A stretch of 32,000 bases of DNA from Dubosiella newyorkensis (GCF_001945605.1 NZ_MPKA01000054.1:1-32000), one strand, 5' to 3'. Numbered from the stretch's first letter, positions 8,144 through 18,075 are shown. Notes: generated from the letters alone by a model not told the origin. Program-made: numbers and translations.

Positions 8144-9046
8144 ATGACTCTATTTTTTAGAAGCTTGCCAAGACTTTGGCGCAAAGCCAGCCTAGATCTA
8201 AAACGACATTTTGCCATGACCTTTTCCGCCTCGCTCTCGATCGGGATCGCTTTGCTCATGGCCATGCTTTTGCTGATCAGCGCTGCAAATATTGCCAACT
8301 TCACCCAACATATCGAACAAGAACTTATGATCCAAGTCTCCTTGCAGCCAACGCTCGATGCTTCACAACAAGAAAACATCCAGCAACAGCTCGTCAACAT
8401 CCAAGGCGTCAAGAACGTCACCTATTCCTCCAAAGAAGAGGAACTCGACAAATTGATCCAAGAAAACGGAGACATCTTCGCCCAATACGCTCAAGAAGGA
8501 AGAAACCCCCTCTATAATGTCTTTTTGATCGAAGCCGATCACGCCGACCAAATCGAAACGATCTCAAAAAAAGCGAAAACGATCCATGGCGTGATCGACG
8601 TCAGCTATGGCGGAGGCGCGATCCAAAAACTCATCGCCCTCTTTAAAAATGTCCGCATATGGGGCACTCTCTTTGTCGCCCTCATGATCCTGCTAGCCAT
8701 CTATCTCATACGAAATACGATCAAAATGACGATCCATGTCCGTAAGGACGAGATCGCCATCATGCGCCAAGTCGGCGCCTATAATTGGTTCATCACGGTC
8801 CCATTCGTATTGGAAGGAATGATCATCGGCCTAAGAGGCGCCTTGATCCCCGCCCTGATCGCCGGCATTGGCTATCCGCTCTTATATCAAACGATGAACG
8901 GTGTCTTTTTATCCGACATGTTCATCCTTCTTTCACCGATCCCCTTTATTCTCTATCTTGTCGCTTTTTTGCTTTTGTTAGGCTTAGGCGCAGGATTGGT
9001 CGGCTCCTATCTAGCCGTTAGAAAATATGTGAGATTTATCCGATGA
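8144..9046 (+). CDS. FtsX-like ABC permease paralog with no adjacent cognate ATPase gene upstream
   Basis: Overall pattern shared with the ftsX at 11118: N-terminal TM segment, extracellular domain with SSKEEEL, YGG, IMRQVGA, and three C-terminal TM segments. RBS GGAGGA lies before the ATG at 8144; the track start at 8123 is GTG. Confidence 0.85.
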   Translation: MTLFFRSLPRLWRKASLDLKRHFAMTFSASLSIGIALLMAMLLLISAANIANFTQHIEQELMIQVSLQPTLDASQQENIQQQLVNIQGVKNVTYSSKEEELDKLIQENGDIFAQYAQEGRNPLYNVFLIEADHADQIETISKKAKTIHGVIDVSYGGGAIQKLIALFKNVRIWGTLFVALMILLAIYLIRNTIKMTIHVRKDEIAIMRQVGAYNWFITVPFVLEGMIIGLRGALIPALIAGIGYPLLYQTMNGVFLSDMFILLSPIPFILYLVAFLLLLGLGAGLVGSYLAVRKYVRFIR

Positions 9047-10422
9047 ACACATTCAAAAAAACAAGCGCAGCCATCCTAGCGCTCTCTTTGAGCTTGTATT
9101 CCTTCTCTACGCCCCTCTTTGCCCAAGACTACTCCAACACCGAAGAATGGTATACGACATGTTCAAAACCCCAAACATCGCAAGAGGGCGTAAAAGCTTG
9201 CCAAGGCTTTCAAGAATACCAAAACAAACGCAAAGAAGAATTGGCCCAAAGCATCCAAAGCTTCAACGAATCGATCCAAACCCTTGAAAACGACACGAAC
9301 CAAGTCGCGGCGCTTGCCCAAGAACAAAAAGCGCTCGCCGAACAACTCAATACCCAGATCGCCGAAAAAGAAGCGGCCATCCAGCAAATCGAAGCCAACA
9401 TCCAAACGCTCCAACAAGAAATCGAAGCCAAACAAGCCGAAATCGAAGCGTGGGACGCCCAGATCAAAGAAAGGATGCGCTTTGAACAAGCCAACTTAGG
9501 CACCAATATGATCATCGACCTCGTCATGGGCAGCAAGAACCTCAACGACATGCTCCGCCGCATCAGCGGCATCGAGCGCATCACCGAAGACGACCAAGAC
9601 CAGATCGAACGCTTGAACGAGCTCAAAGCCGAGCTCGAACTCCAAAAATCCGAAATGGACCGCCTCAAACAAGAACAAGAAAGCCAAAAGACGCAGCTCG
9701 AAGAACAAAGAGCCCAAGCCCAAGCTTTAGAAGAAAGCTATAATAAAATGGTCGAACAATACCAAGCCCAGATCCTTGAGCTCCAAGCCAAAAAGCGCGA
9801 AGCCCAAATCGATATGGATTCGATCCGCAACTTTACGATCTCGACCGCCATGGGCAACGTCATGATCGCTAGCGTTCCAGGCTTTAGCGCCCCGATCGCA
9901 GGGGGAGGAAAGACGGCAGGCACATGGGCTTATCCTGGAGGAGGCCTTCACTTAGGCTTAGATTGGGGCGTTCCGATCGGAACACCCGTCTATGCTCCAG
10001 CCGATGGACTCATCCTCTACGCCAACAATCCCGTTCCAAGCAATTCCGGCTATTTAGGAAACTGGAGCGGCTACCCATATGGCGGAGGAAATACGATCGA
10101 AATGCTCTGCAACGTCAATGGAACGTTGTACGCGATCTCCTTTGCCCACTTAGCCCAAGAAAACTTTATGGTCAGCGCCGGACAAAGCGTCGCGCAAGGC
10201 CAGCAGATCGCGGCCACAGGCAATTCCGGAAACACATCCGGCCCCCATTGCCATATCGAAATCTACAATCTAGGACAAATGAGCGTCGAAGAAGCCGTCA
10301 GTCGCTTTTCGAAAAACGCCGACTTCGCTTGGGGAACGGGATGGAGCGGCACAGGAACTTCTTGCGATGCGACAGGGGGCAGGACCCCGTGCCGAGAGCG
10401 TCCCGAAAAATTCTTCTCTTAG
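9043..10422 (+). CDS. Secreted coiled-coil M23 metallopeptidase (EnvC/PcsB-like peptidoglycan hydrolase or activator)
   Basis: Signal peptide ..STPLFA/QD, then about 240 aa of Q/E/A-rich coiled-coil. The C-terminal M23 motifs are HLGLDWG, PVYAPADG and GPHCHIE. The start overlaps the upstream stop (ATGA). Confidence 0.9.
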   Translation: MNTFKKTSAAILALSLSLYSFSTPLFAQDYSNTEEWYTTCSKPQTSQEGVKACQGFQEYQNKRKEELAQSIQSFNESIQTLENDTNQVAALAQEQKALAEQLNTQIAEKEAAIQQIEANIQTLQQEIEAKQAEIEAWDAQIKERMRFEQANLGTNMIIDLVMGSKNLNDMLRRISGIERITEDDQDQIERLNELKAELELQKSEMDRLKQEQESQKTQLEEQRAQAQALEESYNKMVEQYQAQILELQAKKREAQIDMDSIRNFTISTAMGNVMIASVPGFSAPIAGGGKTAGTWAYPGGGLHLGLDWGVPIGTPVYAPADGLILYANNPVPSNSGYLGNWSGYPYGGGNTIEMLCNVNGTLYAISFAHLAQENFMVSAGQSVAQGQQIAATGNSGNTSGPHCHIEIYNLGQMSVEEAVSRFSKNADFAWGTGWSGTGTSCDATGGRTPCRERPEKFFS

Positions 10423-10434
10423 AAAGGAGAGTCT

Positions 10435-11121
10435 ATGATCGAATTTAAAGATGTAAGCAAAGCCTATCCGAATGGAGTGCACGCCCTCAATCACGTCAAT
10501 CTCAAAGTGGAAGATGGCGAATTCATCTACGTGATTGGCGCTACTGGCTCTGGAAAAAGCACGATGATCAAGCTGCTCAATGGCGAAGAAGTGAGCGACT
10601 CTGGACAACTGATCGTCGATGGAGTCGATGTAGGCGCCCTCAAGCATCGGAAAGTCCCGGCCTATCGACGCAATGTCGGCTGCATATTCCAAGATTATCG
10701 CCTTCTTCCAAAGCTGACTGTCTATGAAAATATCGCCTTCGCCTTAGAAGTCGTAGGCATGCGTAAAAAAGACATCAAAAACAGAGTGCGCGAGATTCTC
10801 GAACTTGTCGACTTGAAAGACAAGGCTAGAAGCTATCCGGACGAGCTTTCAGGCGGCCAGCAACAAAGGGTCACGATCGGAAGAGCGATCGCCAACCGAC
10901 CAAAGATCTTGATCGCCGACGAGCCGACCGGAAATCTAGACCCTGAAAAAAGCTTAGAAATCATCCAGCTGCTCGAAAAGATCAATCAAAATTTCGGCAC
11001 GACGATCGTCATGGTCACCCACGATAAAGTGCTCGTCGACGAATTTAAAAAACGAACGATCATCTTGGATGGCGGCTATGTGATCCACGACTCTAGAGTA
11101 GGCGGGTACCGCTCCGTATGA
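10435..11121 (+). CDS. ftsE: Cell-division ABC transporter ATP-binding protein FtsE
   Basis: 228 aa. The N-terminus is MIEFKDVSKAYPNG.., Walker A is GATGSGKST, the signature is LSGGQQQRV and Walker B is ILIADEPTGNLD. Confidence 0.92.
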   Translation: MIEFKDVSKAYPNGVHALNHVNLKVEDGEFIYVIGATGSGKSTMIKLLNGEEVSDSGQLIVDGVDVGALKHRKVPAYRRNVGCIFQDYRLLPKLTVYENIAFALEVVGMRKKDIKNRVREILELVDLKDKARSYPDELSGGQQQRVTIGRAIANRPKILIADEPTGNLDPEKSLEIIQLLEKINQNFGTTIVMVTHDKVLVDEFKKRTIILDGGYVIHDSRVGGYRSV

Positions 11122-12020
11122 GAAAATGGTGGACATTGCTTGGATACGAGATCAAATACGCGTGGCTTGGCTTACGGCGCCACCTGCTCGTATCGCTTTC
11201 GGCCATGAGCGCCGTCATGGTCACCCTCTTTTTGATCGTCGCCTTTTTGATCGTCGGAGTCAGTGTGGAATCTTTTTCAAAAAGTGTCGAACAAGATCTT
11301 TCGATCCATGTCGTTCTTGATCCGGCCATACAAAGCGAAGAAGAGCTTCAGTCGATCCAAGAGCAGATCGAATCGCTTTCTCAAAGCGATCACGTCGTCT
11401 TTTCCAGCAAAGAAGAAGAACTGCAGCTCATGATCGAAGAAAAGGGAGAAGCCTTCCAGCTCTATGAAGGGGAAGAAAATCCTTTGGGGAACGCGTTTTT
11501 TGTCTACGCCAAAGACGGAGAACAGATCCAAGAACTTGCCAAAAAGATCCGAGAAATTCCTGGGGTGGCGCATGTGGCCTATGGGGGAAAGAGCGTGACC
11601 GGACTGGTGGCGCTGTTGGCAAAAGTGCGAACGATTGGCATCGTGGCGATCGTTCTTTTGCTCATCCTTTCATTCTATTTGATTTATAATACGATCCGTA
11701 CTACCATTTACTCGAGATCGGACGATATTATTATCATGCGACAAGTGGGCGCCGAAAATTCATTTGTCAAACGGCCATTTGAAATCGAAGGAATCATGAT
11801 CTCGCTTTGCGGAGCGATCATCCCCTTTGGACTAGTCGCCTATGGATATCCTAAGCTGTATGAAAGCTTGCATGGCTATTTGTTCGCGCGCATCCTTGAA
11901 CTCGTGCCGGTCCATACGATCATCGCCCTATCGGGGAGCGCTTTGATCGTATCCGCCATCTTGATCGGATGGTTTGCCAGCTTTTTAGCCGTGAATAAAT
12001 ACATACGCGAAAAACGATAG
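11118..12020 (+). CDS. ftsX: Cell-division ABC transporter permease FtsX
   Basis: 300 aa with FtsX topology and motifs. ATGA overlap with ftsE. Confidence 0.9.
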   Translation: MRKWWTLLGYEIKYAWLGLRRHLLVSLSAMSAVMVTLFLIVAFLIVGVSVESFSKSVEQDLSIHVVLDPAIQSEEELQSIQEQIESLSQSDHVVFSSKEEELQLMIEEKGEAFQLYEGEENPLGNAFFVYAKDGEQIQELAKKIREIPGVAHVAYGGKSVTGLVALLAKVRTIGIVAIVLLLILSFYLIYNTIRTTIYSRSDDIIIMRQVGAENSFVKRPFEIEGIMISLCGAIIPFGLVAYGYPKLYESLHGYLFARILELVPVHTIIALSGSALIVSAILIGWFASFLAVNKYIREKR

Positions 12021-12038
12021 GGCCATCCTATCGTTTTT
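12014..12038 (+). terminator. Terminator or attenuator hairpin between ftsX and the S41 protease gene
   Basis: 8-bp stem ACGATAGG/CCTATCGT with a 5-nt loop, then TTTT. It overlaps the ftsX stop codon. Confidence 0.55.
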
Positions 12039-12059
12039 GGAATAATAAGGGGAGAAAAC

Positions 12060-13508
12060 ATGAAGAAAACAAAAAAACCAAGCGAAAGACAGAGCGCTAA
12101 GCAAAAAGGACTCATCCTCCTTTTATGTGTTGCTTGTTTTGGGGCCGGCGTGAGCGTGCCCATGTTGATCGAGAAGGCAAAAGGCATCGACAGCCAAGAA
12201 TTCTCAAAATTAGAGACGGTCTATTCGCTTTTAAAGAATCAATGGTACTATGGCGCGCAAATCGAAAATTTGGAGGATCAATTGATCGAGCAATCGATCG
12301 TCGGGATGAGCAGCAACGAGATCGATCCACACACGAACTATCTTGGCCTTGATCAAGCCAAAGATTTTTCGGACGCGCTAAGCGGAAGCAATGTCGGCAT
12401 TGGCACGGGCTTTTATCGCGACGCCGACAACAATATGGTCGTCAAAAGCGTCTTTATCGATTCGGCCGCTGATCAAGCGGGCATTCAAGAAGGCGATGTC
12501 ATCACCAAGGTGGGCTCGAAAATGGTCAGCGACATCTCCAGCGAAGATTTGATCACGCTCATTCAAAATCATGATGGCCAAAATCTAGACATCACCTTGA
12601 TGCGGAATGGAGAGCCGAAAAATGTCCACGTCGTTCCGGGCGTGTATGATTCGACCGTGATCTGCCGTGAATTTGACGGATATGGAGAAATCGTTCTTTC
12701 TAGCTTTTCCGAACATAGCGGACAAGACTTTAAAAAAGCGGTCGAACGCTTGCAAGAAAAAGGGATCAAAAAGATCATCATCGACCTTCGCAACAATACG
12801 GGCGGTTATCTCGACGCGGCCATTCAGATCGCTTCTTCCCTTCTTCCTAAGGAAAGCATCGTGTTCAAGGAAAAGACACGCAATGGAAAGATTGAAGAAA
12901 GCGAAGTGCTCGATTCGTATACGCCAGCTCAATTTGATCAGATCGTCCTCTTGCAAAACGAAAATAGCGCTAGTGCTTCGGAAGTGCTCATTGGCGCTTT
13001 GAAAGACAATCTCAAAGACAAGGTGACAACGATCGGTTCGACAAGCTATGGAAAAGGAACGAAGCAAGTGCTCGTCCCTTTCAGCGATGGAACTTCTTTA
13101 AAATACACAGAATCGGAATGGCTCACACCTTCTGGTGAGTCGATCAACAATAAAGGGTTCGCGCCCGATGTCGAAGTCGAAGATACGGCGATCCGGCAAT
13201 CGTATTATTCCACCCAAGAAGAAGATCTTGAATTTGAACAAGATAGCGTGAATCCCAACGCGCAAGCTTTGCAGCTCTTTTTACAATATCTTGACTATCC
13301 TGTGGATCGGGTGGATTCCTATTTCTCGGCCCAATCGGCCCAAGCGCTCAAGCAGTTCCAGGAAGATCATCAATTGGAGGCGAATGGCAAAGTCGACGCC
13401 AAGACGTGGGAAGTTCTTGAACAAGAGGTCAGCTTAAAAATGAATCAAAAAGAGATGGAGGACGATGTTCAGCTTCAAAAGGCGATCGAATTGATCAAAG
13501 CAGAATAG
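12060..13508 (+). CDS. S41 family C-terminal processing peptidase (CtpA/CtpB-like) with PDZ domain and C-terminal peptidoglycan-binding repeat
   Basis: N-terminal TM anchor; PDZ-like segment (GIQEGDVITKVG); S41 core (IIDLRNNTGGYL, ASASEVL, GTKQ); PG_binding_1-like tail (ALKQFQEDHQLEANGKVDAKTW). Confidence 0.9.
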   Translation: MKKTKKPSERQSAKQKGLILLLCVACFGAGVSVPMLIEKAKGIDSQEFSKLETVYSLLKNQWYYGAQIENLEDQLIEQSIVGMSSNEIDPHTNYLGLDQAKDFSDALSGSNVGIGTGFYRDADNNMVVKSVFIDSAADQAGIQEGDVITKVGSKMVSDISSEDLITLIQNHDGQNLDITLMRNGEPKNVHVVPGVYDSTVICREFDGYGEIVLSSFSEHSGQDFKKAVERLQEKGIKKIIIDLRNNTGGYLDAAIQIASSLLPKESIVFKEKTRNGKIEESEVLDSYTPAQFDQIVLLQNENSASASEVLIGALKDNLKDKVTTIGSTSYGKGTKQVLVPFSDGTSLKYTESEWLTPSGESINNKGFAPDVEVEDTAIRQSYYSTQEEDLEFEQDSVNPNAQALQLFLQYLDYPVDRVDSYFSAQSAQALKQFQEDHQLEANGKVDAKTWEVLEQEVSLKMNQKEMEDDVQLQKAIELIKAE

Positions 13509-13541
13509 AGGATCAAAAAATTAAATTAAGGGGGTGTTTCT

Positions 13542-14204
13542 ATGGATCATGATAGAAACAAAAAAACATGGAAGCCCGTATTGAATTCGATCAATGCGCA
13601 TTCCAACACGATATCTTTATATATTGCGCTTTTTTCGCTGATTTTCAGTATCTTTACTTTTTATATGACCGTCAAGATCGAGGAGCATTCGAACTATTTA
13701 TCGGATTTGCAAGCGCCTTGTATTTATAAGCTCAAGGTGAGCGGGAATGTAGAGTTTCCGAAAGTGGATGCGGGCGCCTCGACGATCGAGCTGGATCAAA
13801 CGCGGATCGTTTTAGCGATCACGAGCGGTTCGGTGCTCGATATTGGCAACGTGGTGATGTCTGATGATGGCTACATTGAAAGGATCCGTTCTTGGTCGAT
13901 CGCGCAGCATCAGCCTGCCAACAAGGAAATGGAAGCAGAAGAAGAAAAGCTCGATGGAACGACGACACTTTCGTATCGGCCGGGTTTATGGAACTATGAG
14001 GCTTCTTCTAAAAGTGCGTATACGGTGTTGTTCGTAAAGACAGGAAACAACACGAGCGATATTTGGCTGCTTGTGCTCGATGAAAACGGGAAGCTGAGTA
14101 TTTATGGCTACGACGCGTTGGCGATCGATCCAGACAGCAAGTATCCTAAGGCGTTCGAGGCTTATCGGAAGGCGCGTGAATTTTTAGTCGCCAACGACAT
14201 TTGA
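13542..14204 (+). CDS. Hypothetical membrane-anchored protein
   Basis: One N-terminal TM segment ([21 protein letters not shown]). RBS AAGGGGG. Tightly packed between the ctp and uvrB genes. No family recognised. Confidence 0.7.
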   Translation: MDHDRNKKTWKPVLNSINAHSNTISLYIALFSLIFSIFTFYMTVKIEEHSNYLSDLQAPCIYKLKVSGNVEFPKVDAGASTIELDQTRIVLAITSGSVLDIGNVVMSDDGYIERIRSWSIAQHQPANKEMEAEEEKLDGTTTLSYRPGLWNYEASSKSAYTVLFVKTGNNTSDIWLLVLDENGKLSIYGYDALAIDPDSKYPKAFEAYRKAREFLVANDI

Positions 14205-14214
14205 AAGGAAGAAC

Positions 14215-16179
14215 ATGGAAAAATTTGAACTTGTCTCGGCGTATAAGCCGAGCGGAGACCAGCCCGAAGCGATCAAAGAATTAGTGGAAGGCATCAAAGA
14301 AGGAAAAAAAGCCCAAGTTCTTTTGGGTGCGACGGGAACGGGAAAAACGTTTACGATTTCGAATGTGATCGCTCAAGTCAATAAACCAACGCTTGTTTTT
14401 GTTCATAATAAAACGCTCGCTTCGCAGTTGTATTCAGAGTTCAAAGAATTTTTTCCCAACAATCATGTGGAATATTTTGTTTCGAACTTTGATTTTTATC
14501 AGCCAGAAGCGTATGTGCCAAAGACAGATACATATATTGATAAAAACACGAAAACGAATGACGAATTAGATATGCTTCGGATGGCGGCTGTCAATTCGGT
14601 GCTCCACCATCGGGATACGATCATTGTCGCCTCTGTCGCTTCGATTTATGGCGCCAGCAATCCAGAACAATACAAAAATATGATTGAAACGATCCGCGTA
14701 GGGGATGTGATCGATCGTAACGAGCTCATGCTCAAGCTCGTTCACCAGCAATATAAGCGCAACGATATCGATCCGGTGCGGGGAACGTTTCGGGTACGGG
14801 GCGATACGATCGAAATCACGCCAGGTCATACGGAAGCGTATTTGATCCGGATCGAAATGTTTGGCGATGAGATCGAGAGGATCTGTGAAGTCGATCCGCT
14901 TACAGGAAAGCTGAATGCGGCTTATCAGATCTACAACATTTATCCGGCCAATGGATACGCGACGAGCATGGATATCATGAAGCGGGCGGCGAAAAATATT
15001 GAAACGGAATTGGAGGAGCGTCTCCATTATTTTGACGAGATGGGAAAACCGCTGGAGAAAGAACGTTTGGAGCAGCGGTGTCGGTATGATATTGAGGCAT
15101 TGCGTGAATTTGGTGTCTGTCCTGGGATCGAGAACTATTCGCGTCATATTGATGGAAGAAAGCCTGGAGAGAGGCCATATACGTTATTCGACTATTTTCC
15201 GGATGATTTCTTGCTTGTCGTGGATGAAAGTCATGTTTCTTTGCCGCAGGTGCGGGGAATGTTCAATGGAGATCGGGCGCGTAAGCAAACGTTGGTCGAT
15301 TATGGCTTCCGTCTGCCTTCGGCTTTGGACAATCGTCCGCTGAAATTCAACGAGTTCGAGTCGATGACGCCGCAGTCGATCTTCGTTTCGGCAACGCCAG
15401 GCGATTATGAATTGGAAAAGACGAATCATCATGTGGTCGAGCAGATCATTCGTCCAACGGGTCTTCTCGATCCAGAAGTCGAAGTCCGTCCAATCGAAGG
15501 ACAGATCGATGATCTTGTGGATGAGATCAAGGAGCGGGTGGCGCGCAACGAGCGGACGCTAGTGACAACATTGACGGTCCGCATGGCGGAGGATCTTACT
15601 TCGTATTTGAAAAACATGGATCTGAAGGTGGCTTGGCTGCATCATGAGGTGACAACGATCGAAAGGACCGAGATCATCCATGATCTAAGGGAGGGCAAGT
15701 ACGATGTGCTTGTGGGGATCAACTTGCTTCGGGAAGGTTTAGATATTCCAGAGGTTTCGTTGATCGCGATCTTAGATGCGGATAAGGAAGGCTTCTTGCG
15801 TTCGCGTCGTTCATTGATCCAGATCATTGGGCGGGCGGCTCGAAACGCGCAAGGGAAGGTCATCATGTATGCGGATAAGATCACAGAGAGCATGGATGAG
15901 GCGATCAAGGAGACGGCGCGTAGACGTAAGATCCAAATGGAGTATAATGAGCGTCATCATATCACGCCAAAGACGATCATCAAGCCGATCCATGATGTCG
16001 TTCGTTCGAAAGAGACGAAGGAAGTTACGCGGAAATATTTAGCGAAGAAGAAGATCAGCAAGAAAGATAAAGAGAAGATGCTGGAAAATTTGCGGAAGGA
16101 AATGAAAGAGGCCGCCAAAGAGCTCGATTTCGAGCGGGCAGCCGAACTTCGCGATATGATCATCGAATTGGAAGGATAG
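14215..16179 (+). CDS. uvrB: Excinuclease ABC subunit B
   Basis: 654 aa. N-terminus [17 protein letters not shown], Walker [14 protein letters not shown] box, and a C-terminal UVR motif ([12 protein letters not shown]). Confidence 0.97.
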   Translation: MEKFELVSAYKPSGDQPEAIKELVEGIKEGKKAQVLLGATGTGKTFTISNVIAQVNKPTLVFVHNKTLASQLYSEFKEFFPNNHVEYFVSNFDFYQPEAYVPKTDTYIDKNTKTNDELDMLRMAAVNSVLHHRDTIIVASVASIYGASNPEQYKNMIETIRVGDVIDRNELMLKLVHQQYKRNDIDPVRGTFRVRGDTIEITPGHTEAYLIRIEMFGDEIERICEVDPLTGKLNAAYQIYNIYPANGYATSMDIMKRAAKNIETELEERLHYFDEMGKPLEKERLEQRCRYDIEALREFGVCPGIENYSRHIDGRKPGERPYTLFDYFPDDFLLVVDESHVSLPQVRGMFNGDRARKQTLVDYGFRLPSALDNRPLKFNEFESMTPQSIFVSATPGDYELEKTNHHVVEQIIRPTGLLDPEVEVRPIEGQIDDLVDEIKERVARNERTLVTTLTVRMAEDLTSYLKNMDLKVAWLHHEVTTIERTEIIHDLREGKYDVLVGINLLREGLDIPEVSLIAILDADKEGFLRSRRSLIQIIGRAARNAQGKVIMYADKITESMDEAIKETARRRKIQMEYNERHHITPKTIIKPIHDVVRSKETKEVTRKYLAKKKISKKDKEKMLENLRKEMKEAAKELDFERAAELRDMIIELEG

Positions 16180-16869
16180 TTATCCTTCCTTTTTTAGATT
16201 GCTTTTTGTCCATTGGATCGGTTGGATATGGTGGGCTTCTAAGAAGGCGTTGGCTTTTTGAAAGCAGTTGGAGCCAAAAAAGCCGCGGGAAGCCGATAAA
16301 GGAGAGGGGTGGGCGGATTCGAGAACGAGGTGTTCTGGATTGGTGAGCATCTTCTTCAAGGAGCAGGCTTTGTTGCCCCATAAAATAAAGACGATGGGTC
16401 GATCTTGGGCGTTGAGCGCTTCTAAAAGGGTGTTGGTGAAGCGTTCCCAGCCTTTGTTTTGGTGGGAGAGCGGTTTGCCTCGTTGCACGCTCATGATCGG
16501 ATTGAGCAAAAGGACGCCTTGTCTTGCCCAGTCTCTTAGATCGCCGCTTCGAAGGATCGGGGTGTGGTATTCACTTTCCAATTCTTTGTAGATGTTTTTT
16601 AAAGAGGGCGGGATCGGCTGGTCCGGATTGACGGAGAAGGCGAGCCCGTGTGCCTGGTTTGGTCCGTGATAGGGGTCTTGGCCTAGGATCACGACTTTCA
16701 CTTTGGAAAGGGGTGTCAGGCGCAGGGCGGAAAACACTTGTTCTTTGGGTGGATAGATCGTTTTGGTGGCGTATTCTTGCTGGAGAAAGCGAAACAAATC
16801 TTGCATATAGGGCTTGGAAAACTCTTGTTGATAGAGAGGATCCCAATCGTTATTCATCATCGACATCAT
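16180..16869 (-). CDS. ung: Uracil-DNA glycosylase
   Basis: GQDPYHGPNQAHGLAFSV water-activating loop and HPSPLSA motif. 229 aa. Confidence 0.95.
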   Translation of the reverse strand: MMSMMNNDWDPLYQQEFSKPYMQDLFRFLQQEYATKTIYPPKEQVFSALRLTPLSKVKVVILGQDPYHGPNQAHGLAFSVNPDQPIPPSLKNIYKELESEYHTPILRSGDLRDWARQGVLLLNPIMSVQRGKPLSHQNKGWERFTNTLLEALNAQDRPIVFILWGNKACSLKKMLTNPEHLVLESAHPSPLSASRGFFGSNCFQKANAFLEAHHIQPIQWTKSNLKKEG

Positions 16870-16917
16870 ATACCTCTTTTCGTTGGAATTCTTTCTTTAA
16901 TCATATAGAATGGAGCC

Positions 16918-18066
16918 ATGGTAATTCAAGATAAGATCAAGTATATAGAAGCAAAAAGAGGAAGAAACCATCCTTTGTTCATGTTTAGAAATTGGCTCGA
17001 TGAAAAAGTGCCGTCGCATCGTGAGCTTAAGCTCATTCAGGTGGGGGGCACGAATGGCAAGGGGAGCACGTGTCAGTGGCTAAACTTGTTTTTGCGAAAG
17101 GAAGGTTTTCGTACGGGGATGTTTACGAGTCCGCATCTTGTCTCGCATTTGGAAAGGATCCAAGTGGATGGAAGCTGGATCGAGGCGAGCGAATGGGAGC
17201 GGATCTATGATCGGTATGCCGATTTTTTTGAGGAAGAGCAGCTGACGATGTTTGAGATCGATTTGTTTATGGCGATCGTTTATTTTGTTGAGCAAAAGGT
17301 CGAGTATGGCATCATCGAGGTGGGAATGGGTGGTCGTTTGGATGCGACGACCGCTCTAGATTATATTGCGACATTGATCACGAATGTGGGGATGGATCAT
17401 ACGGAGTATTTAGGGACGACGCTTTCTCAGATCGCAAAAGAGAAGGCGGGGATCTTTAAAGAGAGCACGTTAGCGATCGCCTATGATACGACGTGTTTTT
17501 CCGTTATGGAGGAGGAGGCTTTTCGGAAGCGGACTTCTTTATTGGTGGCTGACTATGATCTTTCGAATTTGGATACGAGCGCATTGCCGGCGTATCAAAG
17601 GGAAAATCTTGTGCTGGCTTTAAGTTGTTTGCGGCAGCTTAAGCTTTTGAAGCCTTATTCTATTCAGAGCGTGATCGACTCATTTTCTTGGCTAGGACGG
17701 TGCACGGTGCTTAGAAAGGATCCTTTGGTGCTTTTGGATGGGGCTCACAATATGCCTGGGATCGAGGCGCTCATTCGTTCGCTCTCTTCTTTTGAGGGCG
17801 TGATCTATTTTTCGGTTCTCAAGGAAAAAGAGTCGGATAAGATGATCAAGCGGATCCTGAAATGGAATTCGAATGTGGTTCTTGTTCGTTTTGAGGAGGA
17901 GCGGCTCGCGGATTTGGATGTGCTGCATGCGCATTATCGGATCCCGACGATCGATTTTGAGGATATGATCGATCGTTTAAAAGGAGCGAAAACGAGTACT
18001 TTGATTTGTGGCTCGTTGTATTTTGTTGGGAAAGTTTTGGCGCATCGAGATGAGATCGGTTCTTAA
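16918..18066 (+). CDS. folC: Folylpolyglutamate synthase / dihydrofolate synthase
   Basis: GGTNGKGST P-loop, FTSPHL motif and Mur-ligase-like layout. 382 aa, on the short side for FolC. Confidence 0.85.
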   Translation: MVIQDKIKYIEAKRGRNHPLFMFRNWLDEKVPSHRELKLIQVGGTNGKGSTCQWLNLFLRKEGFRTGMFTSPHLVSHLERIQVDGSWIEASEWERIYDRYADFFEEEQLTMFEIDLFMAIVYFVEQKVEYGIIEVGMGGRLDATTALDYIATLITNVGMDHTEYLGTTLSQIAKEKAGIFKESTLAIAYDTTCFSVMEEEAFRKRTSLLVADYDLSNLDTSALPAYQRENLVLALSCLRQLKLLKPYSIQSVIDSFSWLGRCTVLRKDPLVLLDGAHNMPGIEALIRSLSSFEGVIYFSVLKEKESDKMIKRILKWNSNVVLVRFEEERLADLDVLHAHYRIPTIDFEDMIDRLKGAKTSTLICGSLYFVGKVLAHRDEIGS

Positions 18067-18075
18067 TCGCTTCGC

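Noticed and set aside
9163-9951. Cluster of alternative-frame and antisense ORFs (9163..9489, 9210..9668, 9284..9499, 9496..9723, 9727..9951, 9738..9923)
   Set aside because: All lie inside the Q/E/A/K-rich coiled-coil part of the M23 peptidase gene. Low-complexity GAA/CAA/GCC-rich sequence keeps other frames open. None has an RBS or recognisable motifs.
14566-15147. 193-aa antisense ORF within uvrB, plus other ORFs overlapping uvrB at 14975-16163
   Set aside because: uvrB is unambiguous on the + strand. The overlapping ORFs lack RBS signals and have arbitrary composition.
16268-16846. ORFs 16268..16591 (+) and 16571..16846 (-) overlapping ung
   Set aside because: The ung motifs identify the true frame. 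These overlapping ORFs are alternative-frame artefacts.
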